A DNA stretch of 64,000 bases, taken from Marsupella aquatica. Taxonomy: Eukaryota > Plantae > Marchantiophyta. Shown piece after piece: positions 12,394 to 24,559 of the stretch (the first letter of the stretch is position 1; each line of letters opens with the position of its first letter). The notes below the pieces were generated by a model. It did not search any database. It was not told where the DNA came from and saw only the letters and a program-made list of their open reading frames with translations. The translations under genes and the position numbers were made by a program. The stretch covers positions 24,861,899-24,925,898 of the forward strand of contig OZ316891.1 in the NCBI GenBank assembly GCA_973895155.1, written 5' to 3'.

Positions 12394-15300
12394 CTAGGTG
12401 ATGCAGTTGACTCGTGTGTGATCTGGGATTCTTCCTTGGCATATTTGAGGTCTTCAACATTGCCGAAAAGAACCGCTGTGGATGGTGTTCCTACTCCAGT
12501 GGACGGGGATGAAGGATGTTCCGAAATGGACGTTGGTGGTAAAGGAGGCAACCTTGCTGAAGGAGAGGAGGTTGAGATGTTCATTTTAGATGAACTTGTA
12601 TCAAAAGGAGTTGTCTTCAATACCAATCCAATGGACACTTGTCATAGTGAACGACTCGGTGTTGGCCGTGTCAGTATACAAATATCAGAGGTTGTTTAGG
12701 GAAATAGAAAATTACCGTATCCGCATCCTAGAGCTGACACAGTGCAAGAGGCAATGCAGACTTGGGTAATGTGGGATGTTGCTGATGTTTCAAGAAAAGG
12801 CTCTATTCCAGGTTCTGGCATGTTTGTTGGTGCAAACCCGGGTGCAAACCTGTTTAAGGATCTTCCATTGAAAGATTTTACAATGCGTTCCAACTGGATG
12901 GCAGAGGAAGTTGACTTGTATGATGTTTCTCGTTGTCGTAAGGTTGCGACAGGGGTTATCACAGTTCCTTTTGAAGCAGGTGCTGTTGATGATGAACTTC
13001 TTGGTCCAGAGCATGTGGGTGTAGCTGTTGTGAATATCAACGATCCTGCATTATTTCCAAATATCCATGCTGGTACTCCAGGTTTGGTGAGGTGGGAAAT
13101 CAAATCTTTGTTGTTGATTTCATCTCAAATGTTTCTCGGGGATATCCTTGAGAAAGGTTCACATGTGTGGATAGAATCGGGTCGAAATGAGAGCGACCCG
13201 GATTTGGATGGTGATGGGAAACCTCCAAAAAGACCTTATAATTTCATTAGAAGGACCAAAGTGGATCTGGAGGAGAAAAAAAAACATTTGCAATCAAGGG
13301 CGCTTTTGAAAATCACCGAGGAGTGCATTGATTCCATCCAAAGAGAAGGTTGTTGCAGGTTAAAGTGTTGCTTGAACATGCCAAGAGAGGACTTGGAGGC
13401 AATGAGGAGGGAATTCCATGGAATGTCAAGTGACAACAAAACAAGTCATATCTTCAATCTTTTTGGGTGTAGAGAAGACCAAGTCAAGAGAAAAGGATTT
13501 TTTGTTCTAAAGGGACGTGTGGTTTGTAAGGATGCGTTCATAAAAATGCATGGGTTTAGTACGGCAAAGTATTATGATTACAAAAATCAGTACGAAGCTG
13601 GGTGCACAATTGGTTTCCATGGAAATCAAGGGCAACATAAGACATGATCAAGCACCTTGCATGCTCGTGCATTGTTGGAGTCCATTTTAATCCAAAATGG
13701 AGAACCAATGCCACATCTTCCCTATGGTGGGTCCAACGGCACTGATACTGTCGAATATCGACTCCCATCATGTTTCACTAAGAAGGAGATTTTTCAAGAG
13801 GTATTTGCAAAGATGGAATTGGACGGCTATGCTAAGGTTACTGAAGTTACCATGTACAACATCTGGAAAAATTCTTTTGATAATTTTGACTTTCACAAGG
13901 GCAGTGCATTTGCCAAGCGCACATTTTGCACTGAGTTCAAAGATCAATTGATGCGGGAGAAGAGAAAAAAAGAGCGTGCAGAGATTGAAGAGAAAAGAGC
14001 ACGACATCTTCGTGAACAAATGTCAAGGAGATATGTTTACTATGCTCATAGGGTTCTTGCAAAGAAGGATCCTCAAAACTATCTTTGCATTATTCATGAT
14101 AAGATGGACCAAGCCAAGACTTGGATCCCCAGATTGGTCCCCACTCCAAAATCTCTCTCTGGTAGTGGTCAACCTCTGCCCATTGCCCTTACTAGGATGT
14201 TAACCCATGGAAGGGATCCAGGAGTGTATGCACACTTTAGTTTGACTGGCCTTTGGCCTGGAGATGCAGACTTCACTGTGACATCTTTGGCCAAATGCCT
14301 TCAAGATTTGGAGGATTACACTGGAGACAAAATGGGAGACATGCTTGAAGCTTTCAATTGGAACGCAACTAGGCCAATATTTCAGTCTCTTTTGGACTTT
14401 GAAGCATTTCAAGCGGGTTACTTGGAACCCAAAAATGTTTCAATTCTCAAGTTTCAAGGCCTTGATGACGGTCAGGAGAGCCAAAAAACCAGCACAACAG
14501 ATGCTGGTTCTAGAGTTGATCCTGAGACTACAAGCTCTTTCAAGCCCTTACCAAGGCACCTAACACTGCAGATGGACAATTCAGGAAAAGATAATAAAAA
14601 TCAATATGTGATGGCATTTTGCAGCGAGCTTGTTAGCAGGGGGGTGTTTGAAACTGTGCAAATGTCATTCCTCATGGTTGGCCACACCCATGAGGATGTG
14701 GATGCACTATTTTCTCAAGTATCCAAACAGGTCAGGTACAAAGAGGTTGCTACCCTCCTTGCGTTGATGGCTGAGGTTTGGGAGTGTGAAAGCATCCATC
14801 CTGTACCACTATTGATTCAGGAGGTTGCATCTTACAAGCACTATTTGAAGGCTTTCCAAGTGAAAGAGATTGAAGGTCACTCGAAACCAGTGGCATTTCT
14901 ATTCTCCATGAGGGATAATGTGCCAGTGTATCAATATAAAGCACATGTCAAACAACCTTGGCTTCCAGCAACAGGGAGGTCAATTTGGAGAACTGATCTC
15001 ATCACAAACACGCTCATTTTACCGGAGGGCCAACCATTTGCAAAACCTATATCGGGGGAGGTACAAAAGAAAGCCGAGGAAATCATCCCATTCCTTAATC
15101 GTTACATTGATTTCTTGAGGAAAAGTTGCAAGGATGAGACCTCTGCAGCATACCGCGAGAGATTTCCTTTGGTGAAATATTGGGAGAGGCTTGTTATGGC
15201 ACTCTCTGAGGCACTTACAATAGAAGGGGAGGGGGAAAGACAATTGTCATTGACAACTGATTTCTGGCCAAAGACTAACCATGGCACAGGTTACAAGGTG

Positions 15301-16555
15301 ATTTTGGGGACCTCTCAACCTTCAAGTGAACCTACTCAAAATCCAGAGATGATGGACCTTCAAAATGAGTACATGGAAGAGATGGAAGGTCAAGCTGCAC
15401 CCTTCGTTGGTGCACGAGGAGAGCGAGAACTTGCACGTTGGATTCCCCTACAAGATATTCAAGAGGGTCACTTTGTGTTTTTACGTCCAGAGGATGAATG
15501 GGAGCAAAAAAATGGCAAAGGGCGTTTCTGGTTAGTTCGAGCTTTGGGTGGTGTGGATCCAAACCATGAGGTTTCTTCACTAGATTTGCAATTTAGTGAA
15601 GGGTCTTCTTCAAGGTTTTCTAAGAGCATTCACCTAAGTAGCATTCCTAAGCGGTATGCTCCTATGTTCCAAGTGCAATGGTGGAGGCCTAAACATGGTA
15701 AGCATGATGCAAAGGATGATGTTCGATACGAACGTTGCTTTCAGACCACTAAGACGTGGGAGCTAGATCCTGGGTTTAACACTATCACTCAAAGTTGGCA
15801 GTTTGCAAATTCTGCAATGTATGGGTTTAAGTCAGGTGCCAAAGAACAAAATATTATGGATAGAGGTTTGACAATTCCCAAGAATGTTTTGAAAACTCTC
15901 AAAACTTACATGGAAGGTATTGATGAGTAGAGTGATAGAGTGGTCACAAGTGTCCACTATGTAATGACTTGTAGGTAGGAGGGTCAAGTTAATTTCCATG
16001 CATTTGCCTAAAGTAAGTGAGAGAACAAGGCTTGCAATCAAATACTCATGATCTTTCTTAGTTATTGAATGGACTTTTTGATAATTATTGTTATTTTTGT
16101 CTTAGTACATATATTTCTAGAAAATGATGGCAGTTCTAAGTTACTTGGATGTCATCCTAGTTTGAATATAAGATATTTAACTTGTCTAGCATTTCATTGT
16201 TGCTTAGATAATGCTCCTATCCAAGCTAGATGTTTTGAGTATAGATGCTATCCAAGCTTATGTGTAATTACACTCGTTCTATCTATTTTCAACCAAATGA
16301 ACACTTTTTATCACCCAAATGTTTTTTAATATTATCCAAATTAATATTTTCTTTGCCCAAATGTCTATTTTTTGCCCCAAATTTATAATTCATGATGCTT
16401 AAATTTTCATTTTTCATCCTTCAAATTTACAATTCTTATGCCTAAAAGTGTGTTTTTAAATGCCCAAATTTCCAAATCTTCTTTATAATTCCACTTTTAA
16501 TGAATATAGTGATATTTCCTTTTCATTAATTTATGTTTACATGATGCTGAGAGCA

Positions 16556-16587
16556 TTTAGGGTTTAGGGTTTAGGGTTTAGGGTTTA
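16556..16587 (+). repeat. Interstitial plant telomeric repeat (TTTAGGG)4 + TTTA
   Basis: Exact repeats. Confidence 0.9.
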
Positions 16588-16788
16588 TGAAACTTCTCAC
16601 CGCTGTAGAGCGATCTTCAAAATACCTTATTAAAGTAATCAAACTTGATTACTATGTGTGGAAAACGTTTTTAGTTCTTTATTATTGTTTAAATCTATCA
16701 AACCAACCCCATCTTGTTCTTTACGGGAACGAATACCAAGTTTGAAGACCTTTAAGTGTGTTTTTGGTTCTTCATAGCAAACTACACC

Positions 16789-17224
16789 TTCCTCGTGCTT
16801 CCCTGCTCTGCTGGCTTCCTGGGTGCCGCCGACCTTGTTCTTTTTGCAGGGGTGGCCTCTTCGTTGTTGTTCCCTTTCCTCTTCATAGCGGTTGCCGTGG
16901 ATGTTTCTCCTAGCATGGTTGCCTTCGTCCACCCCTCCATGCTACCCTTCAACTCCCAATGTATGTCATTGCAGCGGTTGATGGCTTCCCGGATGCCGAT
17001 GTTTTTGTTCTTGCAAAACAGAAGGTCGTCTAGTTGTTGCTAGTCGGTGTCCACAGGAATTCAGCCTTGATGAGTTCTCCTCCCAAAAAGTTTACTACCC
17101 ATTTTCTGTTACGAGTAACTATTTGCTGTTTGTTGTTTGTTGTTTACTGTCACAGTGGTTATACCCAGTGCACTCTTGATTTTACTATTTAAACTGGCCT
17201 AGTGATTCCTGGCTAGGTATCACA
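16789..17224 (-). mobile_element. Truncated, internally deleted family A LTR (5' end at 17224), containing half of a MITE at 17091-17166
   Basis: Reverse complement starts TGTGATACCTAGCCAGGAATCAC. 16789-17088 matches the LTR ORF. Confidence 0.8.
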
Positions 17225-17397
17225 TGATCAAAGATAGTGACCACCTTGTTGATCTGTATTTGATGTATCCAGTTGAGGGAAAGTTTCCACCCCGCGCCTT
17301 GTCAGAGTGGGAGAGACTCCATTGCCCATGGTATTTAGACATTGACAAATGGGATCTGCCTTTCGACAAGGTCTCAAATCCCAGCAAGGTATGTATC
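17225..17397 (+). other. Fragment of the underlying sequence; continues at 45458-~45970 (possible decayed spliced gene)
   Basis: Joined across TSD GTATC/GTATT. GTAAGT at 45628 and tttcAG at 45761 suggest an intron. Confidence 0.35.
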
Positions 17398-19528
17398 TGT
17401 GATGCCTAGCCAGGAATCACTAGGCCAGTTAAGTGGGGAAACGGAGGTGTACCCTATAAACACATTAGTATAATAACAAAAACAAGGAAAATATAAACAA
17501 TAAAGGGTGACTATGGAACCCGGGCCTTGGCCGGAGGTAAGGACGTCGAGGGAGAGAACACGATTAGGGTTAGGGCGCGCTAAGCATCGACGGCTAGGGG
17601 TAACCAACAAGAGGAAAGACTAGAGGCAAAAGGGGTAAGGACCGCTCGCGAGGAATGGTGGCTCATTGGCAAGCACAAACTGGGCAAACGACTACGCAAG
17701 GCCAACTACTGTCAGCTGCTTAGGCAAGCACTCGGTGCAGGAGCAGATACCAACAATCGAGTCAAGGAGGGTATGAGCAACGTCAATCAAGCGGCACATT
17801 TTTGGGGATGCCTGTTTGAACGGGCAACTGAGTACATTAAGACTTACGAGGACAAAGAATCGGAGAGAGCAACTCAAGAATGGCAGGAGCTCGCTCGACT
17901 GTGGGAGATGTAGAAGTCTGCCTTCTTAGGAGGAGAACTCATCAAGGCCGAGTTCTTGTGGACTCCTACTGCCAATCAGCTCGATGACCTTCTATTTTGC
18001 GAAGACAGAATTGTCGGCATTTGGGAAGCCATCAACCGCTGCAACGACGCACACTGGGAGTTGAAGGGTAGCACGGAGGGGTACAAAGGCAGCTGTGCTA
18101 GGAGAAACATCCACGGCAGCCAAGATGAAGAGCAAAGGAAACAACAACGAAGAGGCCACCCCGGCAAAAAGAACGAGGTCGGCGGCACCAAGGAAGCCAG
18201 CAGAGCAGCAGAACAGGAGGCAGGGAGAAGCCGAAGAGGAGGAGGTCAATCCCATCAATGCCGTTCCAACAAAGGATGACACCTGGAAAGGCTGGGCGGC
18301 GACCCTACCAGAGGAAGTGCAATTACATTTTGCACGGGAGGAGGATGCATGCTTTACGGCCATGCAGACCAAGAAGTACCAGGGCTTCATGGCCAGATCC
18401 AGCTTGGAAACCTTCGTAAGATTACCATGGCTGAAGCCGGAGGTGCCAAACTCAGACTTATTAGAATTTGTGGGATCATGGGAACCTGAGACCAATTCCA
18501 CAAGGATGTATGGGAAGGATTTCTATCTCACTCCCCGGGTGATTGTGTCGCACCCCTACCCTGGGCCTTAAATCCGGGTTAGTGTCGTGGTGCGACCTCG
18601 ACCACCAGTAGGGGTGAGGGTTCGGGCAAGGAGGTGTGTAGTGACCTTCAATAGCCCTAAGTCGGGCTAAGCCGCTATACTTACTGGTATAACACTCGCA
18701 TAATTCGTACTTGTCATAGGTATATTTATTTTCCACCGCTGGAATTTTCCCTCAGTTAGTGACGCGGACTAACTCCCGACTTGGGGCTTTTCAAGCCATC
18801 GACGTGACAAGACCTTGTGACATGCAATGAGTGGCAATCCCTACCATTAGTCCGCACCTGGTACGTCCCTTAAAATGGCGCCTTTGCCCGGACAAAGCAT
18901 ACACACAACACCAGTTACTCTCAGAAACATTAAAGGGAAAAGACTACATTTACTCAGCGAAGCATCAGTTTACATGGTTGACTCGACTTCAAAGGGGGTC
19001 AGCAGGCCCAACGGCAGTCGATGCCCAGTCTCTACGAGGCCCTACCTCGCACTTGCCCAGCAAGCTCAACTCTGGCTCTCACTCCTTGGTACGCTCTGAC
19101 CCTACTCAGGCCGGGACTCCCCGTGCCTCGCCTTTCTTCTGCTGAGATAACTAAGCCTTCTCCCCCTTCCCATCGCGGAAGGGGAAGCCTAAATACTACC
19201 ATAGCGGAAGAGAACCGGAGGATACTACCTTCCGGGGTACTACCTACTGACTAACTAACTGCTGACTACCGGTCGCGCTGCACTGACCGGTTGACCGTCG
19301 ACTACGAGTGTGCCAACCGAAATGGCAGCGGCCAAGCCTACTGACAAACTCTAGTCCGTTGATGGACTCAATCCTACGTTGGCTGATCCTAACTGACCGG
19401 CCCTAATTCTTCCTACTGCCACTAATCGGCGCCTAATGACAGTCATTATGTCGTTACGCCTAACTAAAAGATGCCGCTGACTTAACCGCCTCGCGCGGCG
19501 CCTGCTTCTACCCTTCGCTAACTACCCC

Positions 19529-21394
19529 TTACGTGTGTGCAGTGGTTGGACCAGGGCTGGTCCCCTTGTCGGGGCGAGACCTCAAGCCGCCTTGATCAGA
19601 GGTGGGCCCAGGTTTTCCCCGCTGGAGGACGAGCAGGGTGACGCGGTCCTGCAAAGCCTTGTTGTCCCGTAATGCTTCCTCCGCCTCGTTTGCAGCTTCG
19701 TCGGCTTCAGTCTGGAGCCACGCCACCTCCAAGTTGAGCTGGTCGATGGCGTCGCGATGGACCTGGTCCTGCGCTAGCAATTTATCTCGTTCGGCGGAGA
19801 GACTAGCCACTTGCTGTGCTGCCTGCAGGAATTGTTTGTTGAGGTCGATCAGGCTGGTAACCCGAGCCGAAGATTCTGAGCGTAATTGAAGCACGGTGTC
19901 GTCCAGCTTCTTGAGTTCGGCCTGCGCTCCACTTAACTCCTGGGTTAGTCCGTCCCTCTGTTCGATAGTGCGGACTAAATCCTCGCGGCGGGTCGTTGCC
20001 TCCTCCTCGAGGTGCTCTACCAGCATCTGGAGACGCCCGATCTCATTTCCCTTCGCCATGAGTTCTTCTTCCAAGCGGCTGACGATCCGTGGTTGGTGCT
20101 CTAACATGAAGAAGGCTGGCTGAAAGTACGCCGAGACTTGTTGTCCGATGTATGTCGCCAACTCCCCAGACATAGTCTGGCTAAACTTCTGGACCAGGTC
20201 GTAGGCCATGGTCCCCGGGGCTACTTGGTAGTCCTCCATCCTCTCGGGTACCGGTGGTTCCTCGGCAGGGGCAATGAGCTCCTCCGTAGTCAGCGCTGGG
20301 GAGGGGAAGGTTTCTTCAGGTGGTGGAGGGATTGGGGGTGGTTGTACTGCAGGTAGCGGAGGCTCAACGGAAGGAGGCGGTGGAATTTCCACAGGGGGCG
20401 GTTGCAGAGTATTAGTCGGGGCTTCCGGCTTGGGGTTTGTCCGAGGGACAGTAGTCCGCGTAGTTGGGGTTGCCTCCTCTGGGGCGGGGGTGACATTACC
20501 CGGGGCTGAGGTGGCCGTATTCTTTCCTCTGGCCTCCTGCCGTGCCTTGTACCAGGCGAGGATAATGGCGATATGACTCCCCAAGTAAGTCTTCCCTCCA
20601 ATAGCCATACCACCCTGAGCCCGCTTCAGCTCCCCCGAGAATCTTCGGTAGAAGAATTGGGCCCAGTTTCGTCGTTTGTACTGTTCCACCTGCACTATCG
20701 TGCAGAGGGAAATCTCGGATCGTGGCTCAATCATGTGTAGGGTAGTCCGTATGAAGTTAAGCCGCTCCATACAGGTTAAGTTGGTGCACGCCCCCTGCTT
20801 GTATCCGTTGTCCGTCTTACCCTCGGGTTTGAAGTGCCGCGGCGTATACTCCTTATCCCAAATTCGGATTTCCACCGGCACCGGCCCGGTTGGTAGGCCG
20901 AAAATTTGCGTTAACCGATGCTCCGTGAGTGATAAGGTCTGCCCCGAAACCTTGGTGGTTGACGCATCAGTGTCAAAATTGGAGATGAACTCACAAATCT
21001 CCTTCGGCCCGGCGGCGCACGGCCTCCATAGTAAGTGGGCGAACCGCTCCAACTGATGCTCCTTGAGATAGTCTGCATGTTCGAGTTTCTTGATCGCGAT
21101 CCAGACTACCTCGGGGACGCGGATTACCTGTAATAAGTTGGACTTCGGGTTATCCGGGGGCCGTCGGGTCTGGTTGGTCGGGGGGTTTGCCGGGGCAGGT
21201 GCAGGCGCGGCGTCGGTCCGTGTTGATTCGGGGGCCGTCGTAGTCCTTGACCGCTTACGAGGATGCTGTTCGAGTTGCGGACTAGCTCGCTCGGAACCCG
21301 AAGAACACTCCGCGTTGATTACTGGACAGACTTGGACTGGTTCAGCGGTACTCCGGTGGTCATCGGTTGAGGCGCTGGGGTAGCCATATCCCAT
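19529..21394 (-). CDS. Family B LTR-encoded protein (621 aa): PMD/Athila-ORF1-like domain, Pro-rich linker, coiled coil
   Basis: EFISNF...TKVSGQTLSLT...IFGLPTG...DNGY...CTN...FIRTTLH...PRSEI aligns by eye with the family A ORF. The ORF is uninterrupted. Confidence 0.8.
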   Translation of the reverse strand: MGYGYPSASTDDHRSTAEPVQVCPVINAECSSGSERASPQLEQHPRKRSRTTTAPESTRTDAAPAPAPANPPTNQTRRPPDNPKSNLLQVIRVPEVVWIAIKKLEHADYLKEHQLERFAHLLWRPCAAGPKEICEFISNFDTDASTTKVSGQTLSLTEHRLTQIFGLPTGPVPVEIRIWDKEYTPRHFKPEGKTDNGYKQGACTNLTCMERLNFIRTTLHMIEPRSEISLCTIVQVEQYKRRNWAQFFYRRFSGELKRAQGGMAIGGKTYLGSHIAIILAWYKARQEARGKNTATSAPGNVTPAPEEATPTTRTTVPRTNPKPEAPTNTLQPPPVEIPPPPSVEPPLPAVQPPPIPPPPEETFPSPALTTEELIAPAEEPPVPERMEDYQVAPGTMAYDLVQKFSQTMSGELATYIGQQVSAYFQPAFFMLEHQPRIVSRLEEELMAKGNEIGRLQMLVEHLEEEATTRREDLVRTIEQRDGLTQELSGAQAELKKLDDTVLQLRSESSARVTSLIDLNKQFLQAAQQVASLSAERDKLLAQDQVHRDAIDQLNLEVAWLQTEADEAANEAEEALRDNKALQDRVTLLVLQRGKPGPTSDQGGLRSRPDKGTSPGPTTAHT

Positions 21395-21975
21395 TTGAAG
21401 GCGTTGGAGCTTTCCCCGAGGAACGTGAGATTACGCGCCGCTTCCCGTTGTCTACTGATGTCTTCTTGGCGCTTTTCGGCTACGATCTGCTGGTCTAGGT
21501 ACCCCGGAATCTTGTCAAACTCCGCTTGAGTAAGCCGCTGGTTGCCCTTCAGCTTAAAGAACTTAGCTGGAACCTCAAGAAACGCCTCTGCTACCGATCT
21601 AAGCCCTTCCTCGCTGAGATATAGTTCGGTGATGTAGTCTCGCAGCTCGTTATAGCTAGAATCCCTGGTGATGGCTGTCCTTTCGCAATTAACCAGTGCT
21701 ACCTTGGTTACCAGCTTCGCGTACCTTCGTTCGTAAGCGGCTTTCTCGGGGCAAGAGTACCAGTAAGTCTCGGAGAACTTAGCACCTACCTCGCCAAACA
21801 AGGTCCAAAATCCCAAGGCTATGAGGGTCATACTAACCTCGTAGTCCGGTTTGTTGTGTCCACGTTCCCACCTGGCTGGTCCTTTTTCGCGGAGGCCTCG
21901 CTCATCCTGACTAAATCTCGCCACATTCCGCTCTTCTCCCTCGATAATTTCCTCGTAAAGGTCGACTGGATTCAA
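21319..21975 (-). CDS. Upstream ORF of the family B LTR (unknown function; may be the frameshifted N-terminus)
   Basis: 218-aa ORF overlapping the 621-aa ORF in another frame. Confidence 0.55.
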   Translation of the reverse strand: MNPVDLYEEIIEGEERNVARFSQDERGLREKGPARWERGHNKPDYEVSMTLIALGFWTLFGEVGAKFSETYWYSCPEKAAYERRYAKLVTKVALVNCERTAITRDSSYNELRDYITELYLSEEGLRSVAEAFLEVPAKFFKLKGNQRLTQAEFDKIPGYLDQQIVAEKRQEDISRQREAARNLTFLGESSNAFKWDMATPAPQPMTTGVPLNQSKSVQ

Positions 21976-24559
21976 TCAAAAAGGCGAGCGGATGGCAGCG
22001 TCCATGAATTCCAAAAAGGTAAACGTGAGCGAATGGCCCGCAGTGCCATCGGCTCCTCTCTTATGGGGGTGCCCGGACGAGCCCGAGCGTGAGAAGGTCA
22101 GGCCGTTTGGTCATTGATAACGAGCTGAAGTAGGCGTCTCGGTCCAAGCGTGATTCTTCTAACTGATTTTTACTCCGCTGCCGCCACCGTACCTCGGTCG
22201 TGCGTAATAATCCCTTTCCTGAACTCGTAATTATTCGGTTATCTTAACCTACTCCTAATCTAATCATAATGGCAACTTGACGGCTATACGTGCTATTCTA
22301 CGCTATGGCTACGGTCCTAATGACCGTATAAGTCCTAATCTATGACCTGGGTTTGGTCAAGTGACACGTTACCCGTGTCACAGATTGCCGAGGTGTTTGG
22401 CTTGCCGATGGGTAATAAGACCAAGGTTGATACCAGGAAAACCTTACCTGACAAGGAGTTCCGGTCGTTCCCAAGACCATCAACAAAGAATGGCTTCTTC
22501 CGGAACACCTGCACCAACCCGAACATCGGAGAGATGATCGATTTCTTGTGGGTGACCATGCATTGTAACTTGCCGAGGGCAGAGATCGGCAAGGCTCAGG
22601 TCTACCTGGCAAAAAGGCCAGACCCAAGCCGGGATTACAACGGGTACCTCCTCAACCAACTAAAGAAGATCTTGAAGGAGGAACAGCAGGTGATTGGCAT
22701 GGGAAGCGTGTCCCGGCTTGGCTATCACATGCCGCTATTGTGCCGATATGCCCAAAGTCAAATCTTTGCCCCAGTACTTCCCCTATCGGAAAGGGCACCG
22801 GAGGAGGTTCCGGAGCAAAGGCCGGCAATAGAAGAGCCCAACCAGCCTGCCAGTCCTACGATCGAGCAGGTGTTTTGGCCAAGGAAAGAAGACTTGCCGA
22901 TGCAGCAACCAGGCATGCAAAATCTACTGAAATTGCTGGAGAAGGAGAGAACGACACCGGCAACGGCAACGGCATTGGTACAGGACACTGCCCCAGAGGC
23001 CGGCTTAAACCGACTTAGGAGGGGAAAACCCCTTTACCTGAGCCAACGAGAGAAGGAGGCCGGAACACAAGCTGGGAGTTTGAATGTATGTGGGAGCTTC
23101 AAGCCCCGAATTGGAGGCAGAGCAGCCTAAGGCTCCTTCCCGCAGAAAGCAGAGGGAGAGGATACCCTGGAAACCAGAGGAGGAACAAGAGCCCGTGATC
23201 TGTGAGGCCGTTTTCACGGCAGGACCAGTGGAACAGAGGGGGAAGCCGGGAGTCCAAGCAGTGGAGGAGGCGGTGGAGGACTACAACAATGATAACTCCG
23301 GCTATGGGTTGGATCATCATGTTCTAGGAGTAAGGACCTATGGCCAATTTATCCCCACGCTTCCAAGAGTAGTTTGAGGGGACCCCACCCAGTAGAGTAG
23401 CCCCAAATCTCCCCCACGAGAGGTTTCTTCCCCGAGCTTTGACGGCATGAAGCAGACGTCACAAGAATTTCAGGAGCGACTTAGGGAGGAAGAGAAAGCA
23501 GCCCTGGCTAGGGAGAAAGATTTACCAGGAGGAGATTGGCCGGAGGACATCAGGCGGCTTGCCAAAAAAAGAAGCAACCCTCTTGCCACCGTAGAAGAAA
23601 TCCGCAAGGCGGCTTGGGAACAGAGGCCGAGGTGGTTGATGCCGATGACTTCTACTTACTCCACCTATGCTAAAGATAGAGCCATGGAGTACGGGGAGAT
23701 GTGTGGGGACCTGGCGCTCAGCATCTTTGGGGAGGAGTTGGAGCAGGGACCTTTTTCCAAAGGGAGATGTTGGAGAAGCACCGATTAGAAGAAGCGATGG
23801 CTTTGGAGAGAAGCAAGAAGGACGAGGTCATCCGGCGACTTAGGGAGATGGAAGCTGAGGTGGAAGACCTGCAGGCGGCTAAGAAAGCCCAAGATGAGTT
23901 GCGGATTAAGCGGCATGAGCTAAACATCATGCAAGGACAACTGGATGCCGCTCAGTTTGGCAATCAGATTATCAAGGATAAACTGACTCGGACCCAAGGA
24001 GAGTTGGCCAGCGTGGTCAAGGACAGGGAAAAGTGGAAGCAAGAGCTGAGGGACTAGAGGAGGCCCACATAACCGCCAAGAACCGAGCCATGGCGGAGAC
24101 TCAGAGAAGGGAGAGGGCGTTGAAAGGAGAGCTCAAGGATATCCGCTGAGCCCTTGAGCAGAAGGAGGCCGAGTTAGAGAAATCCTATCAAGGGATTATT
24201 GCACTGTAGCAGGAGCTTCCGTGCTTGACGGCCAGCTTCAAGGCCAACCTACAAGAGAAGGATGACCAGCTCGACCAGATTTATGCCAAGATGAATAAGA
24301 TGGATTCTGAGGTCATAGCGGAGCTTGACAAGGAGCTAAGAGCAACCCAGGAGGAGAGGGCTACCTTAAAATTGGAATTGGAAGAAGCCAGAAAGGAGCT
24401 GCAGGAGGGACGAAAGGACCTGGAGGAAGCCCAGGAGGAGGTGGAGGAAACCACCAGGAAGATGGAGAACTTACAGCGGCGGGCCGACAACCAAACGGAG
24501 CGGGTGAAGAAACAGGCCGCAGTATTTAAGTGCTTAGCTTCATCTGGTCCAACTCCAAT

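Larger units (their letters stand above)
7488..15930 (+). pseudogene. Sola-like (DUF7869-type) DDE transposase, ~1,240 codons, interrupted by a solo LTR and two stops
   Basis: Removing the LTR and one CTAGG rejoins ...SSRLG|DAVDSCVIWD in frame. ORFs 12379, 12742 and 13657 share one frame (stops at 12697 and 13645). Motifs HDKMDQAK, LQMDNSGKDNKN, FLMVGHTHEDVDALFS, and Cys clusters GCCRLKCC and VCKDAF. Confidence 0.8.
1..16788 (+). mobile_element. Putative large DNA transposon (transposase plus divergent cargo gene); left end lies outside the window
   Basis: The palindrome motif occurs in both genes. Right junction with an LTR fragment at ~16788. The TIR/TSD pair cannot be seen here. Confidence 0.55.
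18546..22382 (-). mobile_element. Solo LTR, family B (3.8 kb, coding)
   Basis: TG...CA ends, TSD GATTG at 18541-18545 and 22383-22387, no gag or pol inside. Confidence 0.9.
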
